This document shows, piece after piece, positions 11,564 through 17,701 of a DNA stretch of 17,701 bases. A program made the position numbers and the translations under genes. Origin of the DNA: Kudoa neothunni (lineage: Eukaryota > Animalia > Cnidaria); the NCBI GenBank assembly GCA_964304625.1, contig OZ199838.1, forward strand, positions 14,129,160 through 14,146,860, in the 5' to 3' direction. A model generated the notes under the pieces. That model was not told where the DNA came from. It ran no database searches and saw only the letters and a program-made list of their open reading frames with translations. Within the stretch, counting starts at the first letter, position 1. Every line of letters starts with the position of its first letter.

Positions 11564-12348
11564 CACTAAAATAAGGGATTATGCATCTTCGCCCCCCTAA
11601 TGACCGATATTACATTACCGCGTGCAATCACGACTACTACAACAGGTACTACGACCACTACTAACGATAGTTCCCAAATACAGTTACCATAGTAGTTATT
11701 TCTCAATTACGATCTGTGTCCTCTTCTGCGCACAATCATAACATCTAGTAATATCTACCGAATTATAAATAAAACGTCCGATGTATATAGACTTTGGATT
11801 ATAATTAATTCAATATGAAATAATATCGATTACTAAATTATTAATTTAATAATTTATATTATAATGAATGTGGTAAATAAAATTATATGTTTTACCGGAG
11901 TGTAAGATATTTCAATTAAGGTCTTACAGGTCATATTTATATAATTTTAGAAAATTCTAGTAATATTGACTTTAGATAATAACAAAACGTAAAGTAAACA
12001 GTTTTAAAAAAACTATGCAGTTAAAAATTTATTTCAAATTACACAGTTTTAAAAAAAACTTGGAGATGAGACAGAAAAATTTATTAAGGTTTATTATTCC
12101 TAAAAATAAAAAAGAATTATGATGAAAAAATAGTTTAGCAAGAAAAAGAATCAACAAAACCTTAATTTTTAAGAAAAGTAAGTAAAGAAATATTTGCGAA
12201 CGTTAGAATCGTGTATATTTAATACGAGGATTGTAATTTTAAATGAATGGAAAAAGTGCTTTTCTATAATCCAATCGGCATGTTAAACGAGTATTTTGAT
12301 TATGTGAGAACATGAATCTTTTGCATTAATTATCCGCTAGAGTTTATA

Positions 12349-13534
12349 CCGGGTTTTACATCCAAAACCGGACGCTATATATACTTAAGCAAAAATTTAT
12401 TTTATGTTGCATTTAAAAAAAAAAACAACTCAAATATAATTTATAGAAATTAATGAAGATTATAATAGTTTTTAACTTCTAGGAATGTCATCTAAGGTGT
12501 GACACAATCCAAGAAAACTTTCTCTATGTTGAAAGTAATTCTTTAAATTTTCCTCAGTGACAGATTGAGAGGAAGTTGTCATTCTCTGTATTAAATCACG
12601 ATGTCCACAGGTAGGGCCATCTTTTCTAGTTTTCGATTTAATTTGAAAAAATACCTCCTCACAAGGGTTCGAAAATGGCGAGTATCGAGGTAGATATTTT
12701 ATCTCATAAGAATAGTTGTCAAAAAATTCCATATTAGAACGATGGAATCTGACGTTATCCATGATAATAATGTAGTCTCCATCGCCCAACACATTTTTTA
12801 ATTGGTTTAAAAATTGTTGAAAAATTTCACAATTTACATCCCTGTTAATGGATTCACAGTAAACTACGCTGATAGCACTGACAGCCAGGATCATGGTTAC
12901 GTTCGGTCCTCTACTGCTAATCACCGCTGGATTGGGAGTTATTCCAACAGGAGCGCGTCCATGAGAGCGTAGTAAATGGAGGGAAAAGGGGCTTTCATCG
13001 ACGAATATCACCTTTTCATACCGGACATTTATTGGTAAGTTTTTGTACCTATTGGCGCATTCTCTCCGTTCTTGCTTTACATCGGGTGAATTGCGACTTT
13101 GAGATATCTGTTTTATCATTTTAAATTATATGTTCATTTTTTGAGGCATCTCCAAACGGTTGTTTCGCTCATCCAAATTGAGTTTTTGGATCGCAGACTG
13201 TAAAGTTATGGTACAGTTGTCCTCAATAAGCTGGAGAAGTTGGCGCTGGACGTCCTCAGTAATCTTAATATCCCTTGGGTCGCCTCTTACATCTTTTGTA
13301 TAGGTTGCGAATGTTTTATACCTTTAACCATGCCATGCAGGGTAGATTTTGGTATTCCTAGATCGTAAGCTACCACGGAGAAAGATTTTCCTTAATCAAT
13401 CACGAGCTTAATGGCGCGTTTTCTTAAGTCATCTGAAATATTATTTCTTAATATTTTGTTGAATTTAAATTTGTTTGTTCCCTCGCTTTCCTACGCTTAA
13501 AAGTGCGCCGTTCGGTTATGGATGTAAAATCCGG
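12349..13534 (-). mobile_element. IS630-Tc1-mariner superfamily DNA transposon, 1186 bp, degenerate
   Basis: 26-bp TIRs at 12349-12374 and 13509-13534 (23/26 identical), flanked by TA on both sides (12347-12348 and 13535-13536). Encloses a DDE transposase. Confidence 0.92.
12472..13448 (-). pseudogene. Disrupted DDE_3-type transposase
   Basis: Catalytic domain motifs 'IFVDES', 'IIMDNVRFH' and 'LPRYSPFSNPCE'. The upstream HTH region 'SFSVVAYDLGIPKSTLHGMVK' carries in-frame TAA codons at 13394-13392 and 13128-13126, and 'SETTVWRCLK' lies in a shifted frame. Confidence 0.88.
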
Positions 13535-14299
13535 TATTAAGATATATCGATTTTGTAAATTATAAATATTTGTAATAATATATCTGTATTTAATATTTAA
13601 CCTAAAATTTTGATGCTAATTATCAAAGAGAAAATTTTTGTCTCGATGAAATAAATGTGATATAAATACTTATCGTAGACAGCTTTTTTGACCTTCAATA
13701 AGTGTAATTATTATTAGATGTGGATTACTTTAATTTTAAACTGAATGCTAAACTTTTTATCTCATTTTCTTAATAAAAAAATTGAATTCAACCAATATAT
13801 ATATATATAATAGTTTTTACTTTTTCACTAAAATAGAATAATAAGCTTTAAATTAAATTAAAAAAATATTATGAGTTAAAAAATAAATATCTTAGTTATA
13901 ACATAACTTTTTAAAACGTATTGTCTTTATTTACCGATCGCCAATTTACATTTTTCTTCTAAGTATTTTTAGATTTTGTAAATTATAAAATATTGAATCA
14001 GATATGAACGCTGACTTATAATCTAATTAAGAAATTAGAATAAAAATATACACATTCCTGAGTTTAAATACTAGAATTTACATGAATATATTTAAATTTA
14101 TTCTATTTACTTATAATAGATATGTATCTAGAAAAATTTGTTTAATCATATTCGTTTAACATTTAATTGATAAGTATATACGATGATTATCTCGATTTGA
14201 TTCAAACTATTTAATTATATATGATTTTCCGTTATATTGTCGCTTTATTCATGACGGGAATATTTATGATCTAATCTGATTTTAATTTTATTAATTAAT

Positions 14300-17275
14300 A
14301 TGAGACAATTTTTACACATTTCTTTATTGGTAGCAGTTTTGCTCTGTACATATAACCACTATTGTCATTAGCTGATATCTTTCATAGACGCCCATGGTTA
14401 TTCTGTTAATGCAAACACACAAACAGCTGAAACTGTTGCGAAAGCTCTCTCCTATAAAATTATAGATGAGTCTGGTAAAAAAGTAAAACTAACATTGAGC
14501 GGTACTGATTATGGTGCTAACAAGCATTGTCTCATAAAGAAGGGCGATGGTGCTTTAACTGGATATGAGGACATTGACATAAACACAAGTCGGAGTGATA
14601 ACAAAAGTGTAACTACTTGCAACAGTGCTGAGATTAAATTGACATATGACAAACTTTCCCCAAGAAACAAGTATATATATGTTTTCGTAGCAGATTCCGC
14701 GCAAAATGCTGCAACTAAAGTAAAGGGAGGGAATGTTTTTGGATTTGAAATACGTATATAAACATCTAGGAATAGCATTTATTTATTTTATCGTTATTTA
14801 GCATTATTAGTAAATCCTCAGGTAGAAATATCAATAGAAACTCAAAAATTGAAAATTTCTACTAAAACTTGTAATCCAGTTACCTGCCCTGTTAAATACA
14901 AAAAGGTTCAATACAGCTCTGAAGCGGCGGCAATTGATTGCGTCAGTGCTAAGGATGCTAAAGTTGAATTTGATTTGATGATTCCATTTTATGAAATGCA
15001 GTGTGATAAATATCCAAGCTTCTATTATCACATGCCAAATGCATACATGAAAAAAGAAATTGACGTTTTTAAACCACAATATTATGTAGCCTTTAAATCA
15101 AATACTGATCAAACCAAATACAATATTCAATTTACAAACAAGTTCCCAACTGAAATTTGCCGTTTTGGTATTAGAGATACTACTGCTACAGGAACTTCAT
15201 TTTCACATGTTTGTGGACCTGAAGGAAAAGAATGTTACGCACCCTGTGATAATGTTCAGCTAACTCTTACCCCATCAAAAGTTCTTGTTGATATTTCGAT
15301 CCAAACTAGATATCATGATATAAAAGCAGTGGATACCAAGTACGAGGGATATAAAGCGACTAAATTTGGTATGTTTTAGCAAATGTTTATGTTCTAAAAC
15401 TATATATAGCCATTGTTGAGCCAGAAGGTGGTTTGCTGAAAGATATAATAAGTACCGGAGTTACGCTAAATGCATCTCCTTTTAAACCGAGTAGTACACC
15501 TTCATTTACCAGTTGCACCATAAAACACTTCGAAGCTGACAAACCAAGACCGAATGCTAGAGAAGGTACGCCAACGAAATGCGATGCTAGCAATAGTTGT
15601 GGAGATCAGTGTGGTAGTAACCTAACAATTAAAGAGTTACCCGAAGGAAAACCTATGATGATTATGATTACATCAGGTAGTACAGACAATCCAGCTAATT
15701 ATAATGAATACTTATTCTTAAGAACGAGTAAATTTGATTTAAACAATAAAACATATATTAATTTCTGAATGTAGGTCCCAAAGCAGACACAGAATTCAGC
15801 TCTACCGATCGAATAGTAACTGAGTCAACAACTGTAATTAAGGCACTACAAGGTGAAGAAGATGCAACAGCAACCCAACCCACTTGTTCCTATTACATAA
15901 GCATAATAGGAAAAAATGAATTCGTCGATGCACACTGTGCTGATAGTTACCCTTGCAGAGGCCACTGCAAGGAGTCAAAAACGATTATTAACCTCATTCC
16001 AGGATCAACTTATGACATCAAAGTTATTGCACACAAAGAGTACGCACCGAAAACTTACGCTGGAATTAAAACAAGTATTTTTGTTCTTTCGGAGGATATT
16101 ATTGACTTTATAAGATTTGGCAACACTTACCCTTACATCAAGTTTCTTGGATAAAGGATTCAAAGTGGTAGGAACTCTATCTACTCCCGATCCAGATGCG
16201 AAATGCGAATTTAAACTCCAGAGAAAAGATCAAACATTTAAGGATGTTTTAGTTTGTCCTACTCCTACTTCAACTCCAAAAACAAGCGTTACATCGAGAA
16301 TAGTAGAGGGCAAACTAAATAATGCTGTTGAAGATTCAACTAGTTCCGTTCAGAAATTAACTTTACCATCTGCATCCGATGAAATGAAAGTTGCGAGAGC
16401 AGGAAACCCCTCCTCCGATCCAACCACACCTACGACACCATCAACAAACATTACTGTACAATTTCCACCATGCATCCAGGCACCATTATGCAATAATATT
16501 GTTGTGAGTGAAGGGTATGAAGCAGATAAAGAATATAAATTGTTAGTTACAGCTATTGGAAGGTCAGAAGAAGTATTTATATCTGTACCAAAAAGTAATA
16601 CTACTTTCGATTTTATTTTTTACCAATTATTGAATATATTAATATATTTAATTCACATGTTATAAATTATATTTTAAATCATTCGCATTATAAACTTTTT
16701 CATTTAGATCCATCACTCGTATCTAATGAAGACGTGAACAAAAATATTGATATAGTGATCGTACGTGAAGATAAAACCCTACAAGTTAAAACCATTCTAC
16801 CTCCGGGTTCGGATGAAAATTCTTTATGCAAATGGGAATTAATGGAATGGGATAATGTTGCCAAACCAGTTGTGAAAAAATGCATGGTTGTTGGTCAAGA
16901 TTGTGCCGCTTTCCCATCTTGTAAAGATATCTTAATTTCGGATGTTGAAGATAGCAATGATTACCGTGTAAGGGTAATTCATAACATCGATGGGACAATT
17001 TTTGGAACTGCTATAATAAAAAGAGGTATTTATTAAATTATTATATTTTCCTAATTTTTATAATTAATAAATAGGCGAAACATCGAATAAATCAACGTAA
17101 TTTCACGTATATGTTACAATTTTTAGATATTTTTTAGGTCAAAGAATACAATGTAGTTCACGTTTAATTTATTTTACTAATTTTTCCATTCAGGATAGTT
17201 GCAATTGTGGTTCCGGTTGTAATAGTGATAATCGGAATAGGATTCTATTTTGGATACATGAAAAATAAAAATTAA
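14300..17275 (+). CDS. Uncharacterised type I membrane protein, copy B (~837 aa). Exons 14300-14345, 14388-14753, 14802-15368, 15410-15727, 15775-16074, 16115-16594, 16708-17025, 17075-17096, 17138-17152, 17194-17275
   Basis: Same 10-exon structure as copy A, with an intact 2514-nt frame. Signal MRQFLHISLLVAVLLYAHG; TM and tail IVAIVVPVVIVIIGIGFYFGYMKNKN*. All coding length differences from copy A are multiples of 3. Confidence 0.85.
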
Positions 17276-17622
17276 AGGTTCATAATTCAATTATATAAGA
17301 ACGTTGAATTTTAATTTTTTACTGAGATTTGATTATTTTGAATATTTTGTTGGTACGTTCACATTAATTATTGTTTTTATAACCGAGGAAACTTTTTTAA
17401 AATTATTCTGAAAAAATGTTTAAAATTCTAAATGGGGGTACCTTAGCTTTGTATATGTAGATTGAAATTTTTGTAATGTTAATTTTTATTTGTCATTCGA
17501 ATAGAGAAATATATGGGGAATATTTAGTTATTATTACATCTAATAACACGCATTCAAACTGTTTAATGTTTTTAACTCAATATATTCCTTCGTATAAATG
17601 AAACACTTATCAAGATCAAAAT

Positions 17623-17697
17623 TTATATAACAAAGAATAATATAAATATTATTGAAATTAATGTCAAAAAGTTGTTATTGCAATAATCATTTGTTAT
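17623..17697 (-). pseudogene. Frameshifted duplicate of the last (TM) exon of the syntaxin-6-like gene
   Basis: Homologous to 10318-10394 but 75 nt instead of 77, from two single-base deletions. Read from the conserved acceptor it gives AT AAC AAA TGA, an immediate stop. Confidence 0.75.
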
Positions 17698-17701
17698 CTA
17701 A

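Larger units (their letters stand above)
13925..17701 (+). repeat. Segmental duplication, copy B (extends beyond the window)
   Basis: Co-linear with 6769-10398, with about 150 bp of extra sequence at ~17378-17530. Confidence 0.95.

Noticed and set aside
13549-13566. 18-bp match GATTTTGTAAATTATAAA to the duplicated promoter (6816, 13972)
   Set aside because: Nearly all A/T and plausible by chance in this composition; no extended alignment.
1246-16998. Antisense or alternate-frame ORFs in the track (e.g. 1246-1479, 2237-2467, 5350-5625, 5672-5923, 7675-7923, 8244-8666, 9074-9337, 15916-16113, 16786-16998)
   Set aside because: They are shadows of real exons on the opposite strand or in another frame, with no independent motifs.
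17378-17530. ~150-bp extra sequence in the copy B 3' flank as a TE insertion
   Set aside because: No TIR or clear TSD; it could equally be a deletion in copy A.
1-17701. Prokaryotic or phage systems (CRISPR, operons, defence systems), rRNA/tRNA genes, alternative genetic code
   Set aside because: No repeat-spacer array or RNA gene seen. ORF fragmentation is explained by spliceosomal introns under the standard code.

Overview
AT-rich eukaryotic genomic DNA, not prokaryotic. The fragmented ORF track resolves into intron-containing genes with very short GT-AG introns (22-51 nt, a few 80-116 nt). Compact introns and highly divergent proteins suggest a reduced parasite genome; a myxozoan cnidarian is my guess, by inference only. 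Left to right: a TTI1-like gene (minus strand, runs off the left edge); an ~880-bp CAC...GTG inverted-repeat element; an NFATC2IP/Rad60-type tandem SUMO-like-domain gene; copy A of an unrecognised ~834-aa type I membrane protein gene; a syntaxin-6-like Qc-SNARE gene (minus); a 71-bp hAT MITE with a perfect 8-bp TSD; a decayed IS630-Tc1-mariner transposon; copy B of the membrane protein gene; and a frameshifted duplicate of the last syntaxin exon. The main point of interest is the duplicated membrane protein. Its ectodomain is made of repeated, mostly four-cysteine FN3-like modules carried on symmetric phase-1 exons. The two intact paralogs show a mosaic of hypervariable patches and an identical tract, which makes them a candidate diversifying surface antigen or recognition family.
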